From Candidatus Latescibacterota bacterium (GTDB lineage: Bacteria > Latescibacterota > UBA2968 > GCA-2709665): a stretch of 64,000 nt of DNA. Position numbers and translations under genes: made by a program. Below are positions 19,752 to 28,249 of this stretch, piece by piece (positions within the stretch are counted from its first letter, which is position 1; every line of letters begins with the position of its first letter). The notes beneath the pieces are model-generated. The model was given only the letters and a program-made list of their open reading frames with translations. It ran no database searches and was not told where the DNA came from. The stretch is from the NCBI GenBank assembly GCA_965222075.1, contig OZ244937.1, forward strand, positions 4,672,001 to 4,736,000, in the 5' to 3' direction.

Positions 19752-20462
19752 CTATTCCCCGCTAAAGTAAAACTTGATCCCGGCTCCGATATCCAGCAGC
19801 TGCAGGGGAAACGTCTCGCTCAACCCCCAGTCCTCCAGAGGCCGCAACTGACCGATCACAAAATTATAACGACCCCGAAGATCCACCGCCACATTGTCGA
19901 TCACAAACGCCTCCACACCCAACCCAGCGTTAAAACCCAGCGCATAACGCTGGTCTGTAAACGACTCCAGCTCCTGCGTCAACGCATTCTTCTGACCCGG
20001 CCACAACAGACCGCTCACCTGGTTCTTGTACCGGTAAAACCCACCTCCCACCGCAATATAAGGCGTAAAACTGCTTGCCCTGAACGCCTTCCCACGCTGG
20101 CCTACACGCACCAGAGCGTTGACCAGAAAGCTGTTGAAGCTCATGGTGCTGCTGGCGTTGGGACTCACATAATCCTTCCCATCCGTCCACGTAAACGTCC
20201 GCGTCTCCAGACTCCCCTTGTCGAAGTTGGTACGGTGAAACTCCACCTCCACCGTCACGTTCGTCGCAGGAACATAAGACAGGGTCATCCCAAACTTGTT
20301 GGCGTTGTTATACCAGTCTCTAAACCCGAAGGCCGGCACATTGTAATTCGCAAACGCCCCCACCCCCCAGCGCCCCACCACACTCTGCGCACCGGCCGAC
20401 CAGGCGGAGACGATTACAAGCAGGGCCACCAGCCCGACCACCTTCAAGCCCCTCATACACAC
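19752..20462 (-). CDS. Outer-membrane beta-barrel protein (OmpA/OmpW-like, small)
   Basis: Signal peptide; PYIAVGGG, LGFNAGLGVE and GAGIKFYF strands; AGGAGG RBS. Confidence 0.8.
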   Translation of the reverse strand: MCMRGLKVVGLVALLVIVSAWSAGAQSVVGRWGVGAFANYNVPAFGFRDWYNNANKFGMTLSYVPATNVTVEVEFHRTNFDKGSLETRTFTWTDGKDYVSPNASSTMSFNSFLVNALVRVGQRGKAFRASSFTPYIAVGGGFYRYKNQVSGLLWPGQKNALTQELESFTDQRYALGFNAGLGVEAFVIDNVAVDLRGRYNFVIGQLRPLEDWGLSETFPLQLLDIGAGIKFYFSGE

Positions 20463-20645
20463 CTCCTTTCCTTAAACTATACTAAACTTTGGACAATCCC
20501 TGTTGAGAAACAGCTATAAGAAAATGAGCAGGACACGTTAGATTATCCTTCAAATTGGTAACCCTCAAAGAGGAGGATAATCATGTCTGTCTGCGACCTC
20601 TGCGGCGAATTTCTCCAAACAAAACGCAAGAGAACAAAAAAATCC

Positions 20646-20778
20646 TTGACAGAAACTGAATTTCTATGTAGATAACTAATTGAGGCGTGTGCAAGGAGAT
20701 AGCTTATTAATCCCTCTGCACGCTGCTCGGCCCCCGTGGTCCGTGTCGCCAAACACATGGGATCACGGGGATTTTTTT
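20646..20778 (+). ncRNA. Candidate small RNA (promoter, two hairpins, U-tract)
   Basis: TTGACA 20646-20651; hairpin 20682-20728; hairpin CCCCGTGGTCC/GGATCACGGGG 20732-20770 followed by T7. Confidence 0.35.
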
Positions 20779-21004
20779 ATATATATCCTGCTATCAAACG
20801 CTCTCAGACGCTCTAAGAGGCTAAGAAGCTGATTTGGGATCGCGGTGATATGGATAAGCAGGACATGGAATCGCTGCTTACCTACATCGATGTCCTATAC
20901 TCACATCTGGATCGTTTCATTCACCTCCAAAATGATGTCTCTCAGTGAAAGACGCAATAGGGAAATTCCTGATTTTAGACTTCGAAATCTCTGAGCTGTG
21001 CCCG

Positions 21005-21985
21005 TCAACCGTGCGCACCGCACGAATCGCGCACCACAAGCCGGGGTGGAATCTGGACGTCCCGGACGGCGCGCTCCTCCCGCGCCAACCCTTCAAACAT
21101 CAGCCGCACCGCCTCGGTCCCGATCGCCCCGTAGGGCTGGGCCAGCGTTGTAAGAGACGGCAGCAAGATCGCATCGTACCGGTCATCTCCACACCCAACC
21201 ACCGCGATATCCTCCGGAATGCGAATTCCCCACCTCCGGGCCAGTTGATAAAATGAAAAAACCAGGCTTTCACCGGCCAGGAACGCAGCCGTAGGACGGT
21301 CTGGCATCTCGACCCACCGTGCCAGCGCCGCTTCACTGTCGGTCGCAATCCAGCTCCCGTCCGGCTCGATGTCCTGATCCCGAAGCGCCTGCAAATACCC
21401 TTTTCGTTGGTCCACCTGGGTGGCGTTCTCCGGCCTCTCTCCCACAAACCCGATCCGCCGATGCCCGTGTGCAATCAGGTGCGAGGCCGCCTCGTATGCC
21501 CCGCGTACGTAATCCGTGCGCACACAGGGCAGGCCCGGAAAGACGCGATTTACAACCACACACGGCAGATCAAACGCCCGAATCTGATCGGCCCATTGAT
21601 CTTTGTCCGAGCCGGGAATCACAAAAAACGCGCCGTCCACCTGCCCCTTGTCAAACAAAAAAATCAGGTTATCACTCGCTTCTGCATGCACAAGCAGAAG
21701 ACGATACTTCCGGTCCCGGAGCGCCTGATCGATCCCCCACAAAAGCATGGAAGTAAACGTGGACGTAATCTGAGGGGAAACCGAAGGCACAACCACTCCC
21801 ACCACGCCCGTCCGCATCGCCCCCAGGCTCCGGCCCCGCGCATCGGGCCGGTATCTGAGTTGTTTTGCAACCTCCTGCACCCGCCTCCGGGTCCGCTCGC
21901 CAACTGATTTTGTACCGTTTAGCGCATAAGAAACAGTGCTGATGGAAACCCCGGCTTCCCGGGCGATATCTTTAATCCCGGCCAA
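21005..21985 (-). CDS. LacI-family transcriptional regulator
   Basis: IKDIAREAGVSISTVSYALN HTH plus periplasmic-binding-like domain. Likely TTG start at 21985. Confidence 0.9.
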   Translation of the reverse strand: MAGIKDIAREAGVSISTVSYALNGTKSVGERTRRRVQEVAKQLRYRPDARGRSLGAMRTGVVGVVVPSVSPQITSTFTSMLLWGIDQALRDRKYRLLLVHAEASDNLIFLFDKGQVDGAFFVIPGSDKDQWADQIRAFDLPCVVVNRVFPGLPCVRTDYVRGAYEAASHLIAHGHRRIGFVGERPENATQVDQRKGYLQALRDQDIEPDGSWIATDSEAALARWVEMPDRPTAAFLAGESLVFSFYQLARRWGIRIPEDIAVVGCGDDRYDAILLPSLTTLAQPYGAIGTEAVRLMFEGLAREERAVRDVQIPPRLVVRDSCGAHG

Positions 21986-22001
21986 ATTTTGAACCCTGCC
22001 A

Positions 22002-22056
22002 ATCGAAACGTTTCGATGATTTTGCCTAATATAACATGCCAAAAATCCTCTGTCAA
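22002..22056 (-). promoter_or_regulatory. Sigma70 promoter and LacI-type operator (autoregulation)
   Basis: Minus-strand TTGACA (22056-22051), 17 bp, TATATT (22033-22028). Perfect 16-bp palindrome ATCGAAACGTTTCGAT at 22002-22017 with the central CG typical of LacI operators. Confidence 0.75.
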
Positions 22057-22157
22057 GCCATTTTTTCCTCGGTAGGCTGCTCTACACAAATACCCAACGC
22101 CCGAAATAGGGCGCCAGCACGCGGCTACCCACAATCTCCAGCCCCATCAACGCCACA

Positions 22158-22195
22158 TAAAAAGAGGGGCTGCAAACCGCTTACAACCCCTCTCA
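22158..22195 (-). terminator. Intrinsic terminator after ssb
   Basis: Minus strand GAGAGGGGTTGTAA-GCGGT-TTGCAGCCCCTCTTTTT. Confidence 0.65.
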
Positions 22196-22247
22196 TTACC
22201 AGACGGAGATCCCAAAAAACGGCCGGGCGGCCCTCTGCCCTGCCGTT

Positions 22248-22760
22248 TTAAAACGGCAGGTCGTCGTCTGCGCCTTGCGCAGGTGGCGATTCGGACAGCC
22301 CCCCCCCTTCCTGGGTCGAGCCAGCGGTGGAGACACCTGCCTGCGCAGTGCTCTGCGCTGCAGGCAGGCCTGCCCCCGTCGCGTAGGAGGAACCGGCGTC
22401 CATCTCCCCGGCCCCCGCATCCTCCCGCGAATCTAAAATCTGCATATCCCGCGCAACCACCTCGGTGGTGTAGCGCTTGATCCCATCCTGCCCTTCCCAG
22501 GCCCGGGTCTGAAGGCGGCCTTCGATGTAAATCTTGCTTCCCTTGCGGAGGTACTGGTTGCAAATCTCCGCGAGCCGGCCCCAGACCACGATCCGGTGCC
22601 ACTCGGTCCGCTCCTGGCGCTCACCGGAACTGTCCGTCCAGTTCTCGTTGGTGGCCAGGTTGTAATTGGTAACAGCGGTCCCGCCGGGCGTGTACCGAAG
22701 CTCCGGATCTGCCCCGATGTTACCAATGAGAATCACCTTGTTTACCCCTCTGCGTGCCAT
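22248..22760 (-). CDS. ssb: Single-stranded DNA-binding protein
   Basis: [27 protein letters not shown] and acidic tail DDDLPF. Start ATG 22760 with AGGAGG. Confidence 0.97.
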   Translation of the reverse strand: MARRGVNKVILIGNIGADPELRYTPGGTAVTNYNLATNENWTDSSGERQERTEWHRIVVWGRLAEICNQYLRKGSKIYIEGRLQTRAWEGQDGIKRYTTEVVARDMQILDSREDAGAGEMDAGSSYATGAGLPAAQSTAQAGVSTAGSTQEGGGLSESPPAQGADDDLPF

Positions 22761-22984
22761 ACGAAACCTCCTTATGAAAGAATACAGACTGGCGTAGGGA
22801 TCATGGCACAATCCTTACCGAATGAACTGTTAAGCGAATATAGCCCCGGCCGGGGATTTTGTCAAGGGGGAAACAATTTGCCTCCAGCCCTTAACACCAC
22901 CCGGTAATGAGGCGTGAAGAGCGAGCAATAAGCGCAACTCTACCTCAAATCCCCCTTGCCTGTTGCATCCCTTGTACAGCCCCT

Positions 22985-23917
22985 TCATAAAAACCCCGGC
23001 ACGCTGAAATACCGCTCGCCCGAATCGCAGATCACCGTCACTACCCGCCTGCCCTCGCCCAGTTCCCGGGCCACCTGCAGCGCCGCCCAGACGTTGGCGC
23101 CTGCCGAGATCCCCACCAGCATCCCCTCTTGCCTGGCCAGCCGTCCGGCCATCTGAAAGGCATCGGCCTCCTCCACGCAGATGACCCGATCGATCACCTC
23201 CCGGTTGAGCACAGAAGGGATAAATCCCGCGCCGATGCCCTGAATATTGTGAAGCCCGGGCCTGCCTCCCGAAAGCACATTTGAGGCCTGGGGCTCCACG
23301 GCCACAACCTGCGCCTCCGGAAGTTGGGCCTTCAGCACCTCGCCCACCCCCGTAATTGTCCCGCCCGTGCCCACACCGGCCACAAAGGCGTCCACCCTTC
23401 CCTCCATCGCGTCCAAAATTTCACGCGCCGTCGTCTTCCGGTGGACCTCCGGATTGGCCGGATTGTCGAACTGTTGGGGCATAAAGGTCGTATCTGGCGA
23501 TTCGGCCACAATCCTGTGGGCCGCGTCTACGGCCCCCTGCATATCCTGCTCCCCCGGGGTCAGCACCACTTCGGCGCCGAAACTCAGCAGGAGGTCCTGC
23601 CGTTCTCGGCTCATGGAATCCGGCATCGTCAGCACCAGCCGGTAGCCCTTTGCAGCGGCAACCAGCGCAAGGCCGATGCCGGTGTTGCCGCTGGTCGGCT
23701 CCACAATGGTCATCCCCGGCCTGAGCCGCCCCTCCTGTTCGGCCGCGTTGATCATCGCGTAGGCAATCCGGTCTTTCACCGAACGCACGGGATTGAGTGA
23801 CTCCAATTTGACGGCCACCTCGGCCATACCGGCCGTCACAACCCGATTCAGCCGAACCATCGGCGTGTTCCCAATCAGATCCAGAATATCGTCCACCACC
23901 ACATTGTCCAGGGCCAT
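22985..23917 (-). CDS. cysK: Cysteine synthase A
   Basis: IGNTPMVRL, SVKDRIA (PLP Lys), EPTSGNTG, GVGTGGT, HNIQGIGAG, DSGERY. Confidence 0.92.
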   Translation of the reverse strand: MALDNVVVDDILDLIGNTPMVRLNRVVTAGMAEVAVKLESLNPVRSVKDRIAYAMINAAEQEGRLRPGMTIVEPTSGNTGIGLALVAAAKGYRLVLTMPDSMSRERQDLLLSFGAEVVLTPGEQDMQGAVDAAHRIVAESPDTTFMPQQFDNPANPEVHRKTTAREILDAMEGRVDAFVAGVGTGGTITGVGEVLKAQLPEAQVVAVEPQASNVLSGGRPGLHNIQGIGAGFIPSVLNREVIDRVICVEEADAFQMAGRLARQEGMLVGISAGANVWAALQVARELGEGRRVVTVICDSGERYFSVPGFL

Positions 23918-23948
23918 GGATGCGTCCTTTTCTATTAAAATGTATGAC

Positions 23949-24053
23949 TTGACACAATTTACAAATATATTTATATTTAAAATGAACCACTGAAACCACG
24001 AATGTGCCTAGGTGGTGAATATCGCCCCTGGTTATCTGCCAGGGGCGATTTTT
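23949..24053 (+). ncRNA. Candidate DUF3800-associated ncRNA, convergent with the DUF3800 gene
   Basis: TTGACA-17 bp-TATATT (23949-23977); ACCAC/GTGGT pairing; perfect hairpin ATCGCCCCTGG/CCAGGGGCGAT (24021-24049) plus a T-run abutting the DUF3800 stop. Confidence 0.6.
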
Positions 24054-24840
24054 ATTGGGGGTAACACACAACACCAAATTGATCGGACCGAGACGCAAAG
24101 GTATTGAGAATCGGAAACAACATGTTCATCCATGCTATGATTTTAGCAGAGTTGATGGATTCGGGGAACCTCGTGGGAAAAGATAATCTGTCCAGTTTGA
24201 GGAGCTGATAATAATAAGCGACAGTGGCAATCAAATCGCTGGCTTGGATAAAGTACGATTGGTTCGAGTTTTTGGGCAATGGATCTTCAATGAGTTTTGT
24301 GATCTTAGCTTCATAGTAAGTACCAGGTTGCAATAGAGACGGAATGTAGTTTATGCGTCGAACTCTTCTGGCAGTTCGCCTCATTTTACCGACCCTTCCC
24401 TCATCGGTAATGATTAAGAACTTGGACGAAGGATCAATTTTTCCCAGGTCGTTCTCAAGCCTTTGAATCGTGTACTCCATAGCATTATCGAAAATATCGT
24501 AGCCAGGCCCAGAGATCTTATCCTTATTGATTACCACATTCACTGTTTTCACGGTTAAAGTGGCAAGAAACTCGCAGAATTTTTCGATGATTTCTACTCT
24601 GGTTTTATCTTGAAAATCATATCGTTTATATGGAGGTTTGTCGAGTAAGAAGGGTTTGGTGTGCATTTCAAGCCGTATCGGCAAGCCATAAGTTTCTTTC
24701 AACTGTTTTCGGAACTGATACAGGGCGTTGAACGTATCATTCCAGACTTGATAATGGACGTATATGGCGGTCTGAACATAAAGCGGGGAAGATCCAGGAT
24801 ATCCGTCATCACCTGACTCATCAAAATAAGACAAATACAC
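24052..24840 (-). CDS. DUF3800 domain protein
   Basis: N-terminal YFDESG and C-terminal IQASDL motifs; markedly AT-rich; GTG start with GGAGG RBS. Confidence 0.85.
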   Translation of the reverse strand: MYLSYFDESGDDGYPGSSPLYVQTAIYVHYQVWNDTFNALYQFRKQLKETYGLPIRLEMHTKPFLLDKPPYKRYDFQDKTRVEIIEKFCEFLATLTVKTVNVVINKDKISGPGYDIFDNAMEYTIQRLENDLGKIDPSSKFLIITDEGRVGKMRRTARRVRRINYIPSLLQPGTYYEAKITKLIEDPLPKNSNQSYFIQASDLIATVAYYYQLLKLDRLSFPTRFPESINSAKIIAWMNMLFPILNTFASRSDQFGVVCYPQ

Positions 24841-24933
24841 GGTTCAGCACCCCTCCAATCCGCCGAGAAAGTCTATGAAAAGGGCGGGCCTATGCCTTTC
24901 TCCAAAGTTCCGCCTTCTGGAGGCGGGACGCTC

Positions 24934-25380
24934 TCACCTTTCACTGCTCACCTTCTCAATCGCCATCTTTCCCAGCCGCCGGATATCCTCCGCAATATCG
25001 GGGCTCTCCAGGTCCCTGGCCGTACACCACCTGTAGGCTTCCGCCTCGGTCTCACAAAGCTTCAGCCGACCGCCGGTCACACGGGCAAAATAAATCAGAT
25101 CGATGTGCTGGTGATCGGGTGCAATCTGTTCAAGCAGGATACACTCGGGCCGGGCGAGCACCTCAACATGGCCTATGCTGGACCGGGAAGAGAGGAGCGC
25201 CACCTCCAGACCGGCCTCCTCCCGAACCTCTCGAACCGCCGCATCGCAGGGGAGTTCGTCCTGGTGAATATGCCCCCCCGGAGGAAACCATTGCCGAAGC
25301 TGTTTGTGGTAAAGCAGAAGCGTTCGTCCGCCCAGAACAACAAACGTGGTCGCCGTAAAATCTCGAGTCACGCGAGACAT
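24934..25380 (-). CDS. NUDIX hydrolase
   Basis: WFPPGGHIHQDELPCDAAVREVREEAG Nudix box. Start ATG 25380. Confidence 0.88.
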   Translation of the reverse strand: MSRVTRDFTATTFVVLGGRTLLLYHKQLRQWFPPGGHIHQDELPCDAAVREVREEAGLEVALLSSRSSIGHVEVLARPECILLEQIAPDHQHIDLIYFARVTGGRLKLCETEAEAYRWCTARDLESPDIAEDIRRLGKMAIEKVSSER

Positions 25381-25468
25381 AAGGTTGTCTACCGTTTCAC
25401 CCGTGCTGAAGAGGAGGGCCTCAATTTGATTACCGACGTGGAAGTCCCCCGGATGTGGGCAGAAGGCG

Positions 25469-25966
25469 TCACCATCCCCCCACCTGCGTCCGATCCAGAA
25501 TATCTCTGGCCAGCATCTCAAACGCCTGGCCCAGCCCTTCCCTGCGGGCCTCCTCGCGCCTCTGTGCAGCGTCGTAGATCCCATAGCCCCGCAGCCTCTT
25601 CTCTTCCCAGAGCGCCTTCTTTTTTTTTGTATCGTAGCAGGTCATATCCAGAAAAACGGAAATCTGATACTGATCCGCCGTCTGTCCGTAGGTAAAGGGC
25701 GCCTCGCGCACCTCCACCACCGTTCCCCTCAGGACAACATCGGCCTGGTCTTCGTCCACCACCCGCAGCGCCCCGTCCGACACAAAGGCCTGAATCAAAG
25801 TGTCGGTCAAACTCTGTTGAATCCCCGGCTCCAGACTCCGGTTATCCAACAGGGGAATCGCCAGCGAGCGGATGCCCGATCCCCCTGTTGCGGATGTCGA
25901 ATAATACGCACAGCCGCAAAAAAAAAGGAACAACAGGCCGAATAAATTCCAGGCGTAACGGCTCAA
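25469..25966 (-). CDS. lptE: LPS assembly lipoprotein LptE family
   Basis: Lipobox-like FCGCAY; IRSLAIP..DNRS.EPG pattern; ends GGW. Confidence 0.7.
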   Translation of the reverse strand: MSRYAWNLFGLLFLFFCGCAYYSTSATGGSGIRSLAIPLLDNRSLEPGIQQSLTDTLIQAFVSDGALRVVDEDQADVVLRGTVVEVREAPFTYGQTADQYQISVFLDMTCYDTKKKKALWEEKRLRGYGIYDAAQRREEARREGLGQAFEMLARDILDRTQVGGW

Positions 25967-26406
25967 GACGATTCTCCTGCCTCTGAATGCTCTGACTCAG
26001 ACCCCTCTGCTTTTTTACCCTCCGCGTCGGGCGTCTCTGCCTCCGAGGCTTCTGTCCTCTCACCTTCCGGCACCTCTGCCTCCGAACCCTCCGCGTCCTC
26101 CACCTCTTCCGTTTCCGACGCCTTGTCCTTGTTTATTTCGTCCACATAGTTCATCCGCAGTTCGTAGAGGGTGTGCTCCAGCAGTCGGTTCTCATTCTCG
26201 TTCAGATTCCCCCGGGTCTTTTCATCCAGCATCCCCAGGAGATCGATGGCGTTCTTGGCCTGCGCAAGATCCCGCTCGACCTTCTGTGTGATTGGGTTCA
26301 TCACCTTCCCCATATGCTGATAGGCCGCCGACTGGAACATCATCACTATTTGCATAAAAAGGAACTCATTCAACTGCTCCGGATTGACAGATTCCTGCTC
26401 TGCCAT
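25963..26406 (-). CDS. DUF1844 domain protein
   Basis: AYQHMG..NP...ERDLAQAKNAIDLLGMLDEKTRGNL...E...L..LRMNYV. Confidence 0.85.
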   Translation of the reverse strand: MAEQESVNPEQLNEFLFMQIVMMFQSAAYQHMGKVMNPITQKVERDLAQAKNAIDLLGMLDEKTRGNLNENENRLLEHTLYELRMNYVDEINKDKASETEEVEDAEGSEAEVPEGERTEASEAETPDAEGKKAEGSESEHSEAGESS

Positions 26407-26554
26407 AGCGGTTCACCTCCTGGAGAACGTGAAACGTGAAATGTGCCACCCCGCCTTGCCCTATTCTCGGGACCAAGCCGAGGCCCTCTTCAGCCGGGAA
26501 CGATTGAAACCGACCAGGTATCGGAAAAAGGGCAGCGGCCTGCCATCCGCATTC

Positions 26555-27175
26555 TTACCCCTCCAGGGCATCCCTCAACCTCGCCAGTGCCACGTCCGTC
26601 TCCGCGTACCCCCGCACGATCCAGGCCTGTTCGCCGTCCCGCCGCAGCACCAGGCTGGGGAACTGCTTCACCCCCAGGCAGCGACGCAGCGCGAACGCCT
26701 CGTGCAGGTCTGAATCGGTCTCCGGCGAGACGAGGTCCCGCGCAAACCGTTCCCCATCCAGAGCCAGTTCCCCGGCCAGGGCAACCAGCGTCTCTAAATC
26801 CGAAGGGTTCCGGGCCTCCTGGTAGTAGGCCCGCTGAATGGCGTGAAACATCGCGGGAACAGCGTCCGGGTGCTGTGCCTTTGCCGCAAGCACTGCCCTG
26901 CAGGCGGGATAGGTGGACCGGCGGGGCTTGCACACCGTCCAGAAATCCCAGTTGAACCTCGCCCCCGTCGTCTCGGTCACCTCCCGCCAGTTGCGCTGAA
27001 CGTAGGCCTGGACCTCCTCCGGCATCGGCTCGTCCGAATCCTTCGCCAGCCCCCCCATCACATACACCAGGGGCACCTCCCGAGGCAGCGCCTCCGCCAC
27101 CGTCAGCAGCCCCGGCCGGAATCCCCAGCACCAGGAACACATCGGATCGGCCACATAGTACAGCACAGATGACAT
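26555..27175 (-). CDS. DsbA/FrnE-family thioredoxin-fold protein
   Basis: YYVADPMCSWCWGF and GVKQFPSL. Start ATG 27175. Confidence 0.88.
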   Translation of the reverse strand: MSSVLYYVADPMCSWCWGFRPGLLTVAEALPREVPLVYVMGGLAKDSDEPMPEEVQAYVQRNWREVTETTGARFNWDFWTVCKPRRSTYPACRAVLAAKAQHPDAVPAMFHAIQRAYYQEARNPSDLETLVALAGELALDGERFARDLVSPETDSDLHEAFALRRCLGVKQFPSLVLRRDGEQAWIVRGYAETDVALARLRDALEG

Positions 27176-27402
27176 CGCAACCCTCCCTCCAAACCGGTAT
27201 TGACATATTAAGGGTAAAATAACCCTGTGCATGCCACCTGTCAAGCCCCGGCTGGCCCGAAAAATAATACGGCCCCGGAGGGCGATGCCCCCAGGGACTC
27301 AAAATCCACTTGCATTTAGACGGGCAATATGCATATCTTGGAATGCACACGGGAAACGGCAACCACCGATTGTCCTGAAACTGCTGCTTGGAAAATAACC
27401 TT

Positions 27403-27622
27403 TCGGTAGATACCCGGGTCCAACTGTTCTTTTGCTGATGGCCTTTTTCTTGTTCGCCCAAGAAAAAGGCCCAAAAAGAAGGGCGCCGCTCAAACGCCGC
27501 GGGGGCTGCTTTTCCGCGAACTGCCCCTGTGGTGTAAGCAGGCGTTTCTGCCCTTCGGACCTTTTGGGCATTTTTGGGCGATGGTGCTGGAGGGATCTGC
27601 GCGGAAAAGCCCCTTCCCCCCG
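27403..27622. repeat. 220-bp structured repeat, copy 1 (MITE/REP-like)
   Basis: Colinear direct-repeat match to 32053-32272; contains a GGCCTTTTTCTTG...CAAGAAAAAGGCC hairpin. Confidence 0.9.
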
Positions 27623-27772
27623 CCCAAAGGCGCGGGCGGCGCAATGCGTGAGGGGGCGTGTACGGATTACAGCACAGGTCTGTCAACGCAATTTTCATCA
27701 TCATGGGTGCCCCAGAGGGTGCCTGACCTCTAAATAGGGCTAAATCAAAAATTCTCATCAAGGAGGCCGCTT

Positions 27773-28237
27773 GTGAAGATTGAAGTCAGTATCAACGGAG
27801 AGCGTCACAGCCACGACGTGGAACCCCGGCTGTTGTTCGTGCACTACCTGCGGGACGTGGTTGGGCTCACCGGCACCCACATTGGCTGTGAGACGAGCAT
27901 CTGCGGTGCTTGCACCGTCATGCTCAACGGGGCTGCCGTGAAATCCTGCACCCTCTTGGCCGTGCAGGCCGACGGGGGCGAGATCACCACCATTGAAGGC
28001 CTGGCGGAAGATGGGGAACTCCACCCCATCCAGGAAGGATTCTGGGAGCGCCACGGCTTGCAGTGCGGATTCTGCACGCCCGGCATGATCATCGCCGTCC
28101 ATCAGCTCCTGCAGCGCAACAAAAGACCGACCGAAGCAGACATCCGCCGCGGCATCGAGGGCAACCTCTGCCGCTGTACCGGTTATCAGCACATCGTGGA
28201 CGCCGTGCAGTACGCAGCGGACAAAATGAACGCATAA
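27773..28237 (+). CDS. coxS: Carbon-monoxide dehydrogenase-like 2Fe-2S small subunit
   Basis: [29 protein letters not shown]. Confidence 0.9.
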   Translation: MKIEVSINGERHSHDVEPRLLFVHYLRDVVGLTGTHIGCETSICGACTVMLNGAAVKSCTLLAVQADGGEITTIEGLAEDGELHPIQEGFWERHGLQCGFCTPGMIIAVHQLLQRNKRPTEADIRRGIEGNLCRCTGYQHIVDAVQYAADKMNA

Positions 28238-28249
28238 AGGAGGTTTGCC

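Noticed and set aside
20463-21004. LacI operator controlling the envelope cluster
   Set aside because: No copy of the ATCGAAACGTTTCGAT palindrome was found here, so LacI control of the cluster is unsupported.
26426-26445. Degenerate heptamer tandem repeats (also near 5800, 51211, 58241) and GTAGGGGCG REP-like stubs (58215, 61584)
   Set aside because: Two to four degenerate units only; too short to support a functional claim.
26490-27761. 423-aa ORF spanning the repeat
   Set aside because: Translates through the non-coding repeat and out of frame over the DsbA gene.
27623-27772. Moco riboswitch upstream of coxS
   Set aside because: Conserved Moco-motif elements could not be recognised.
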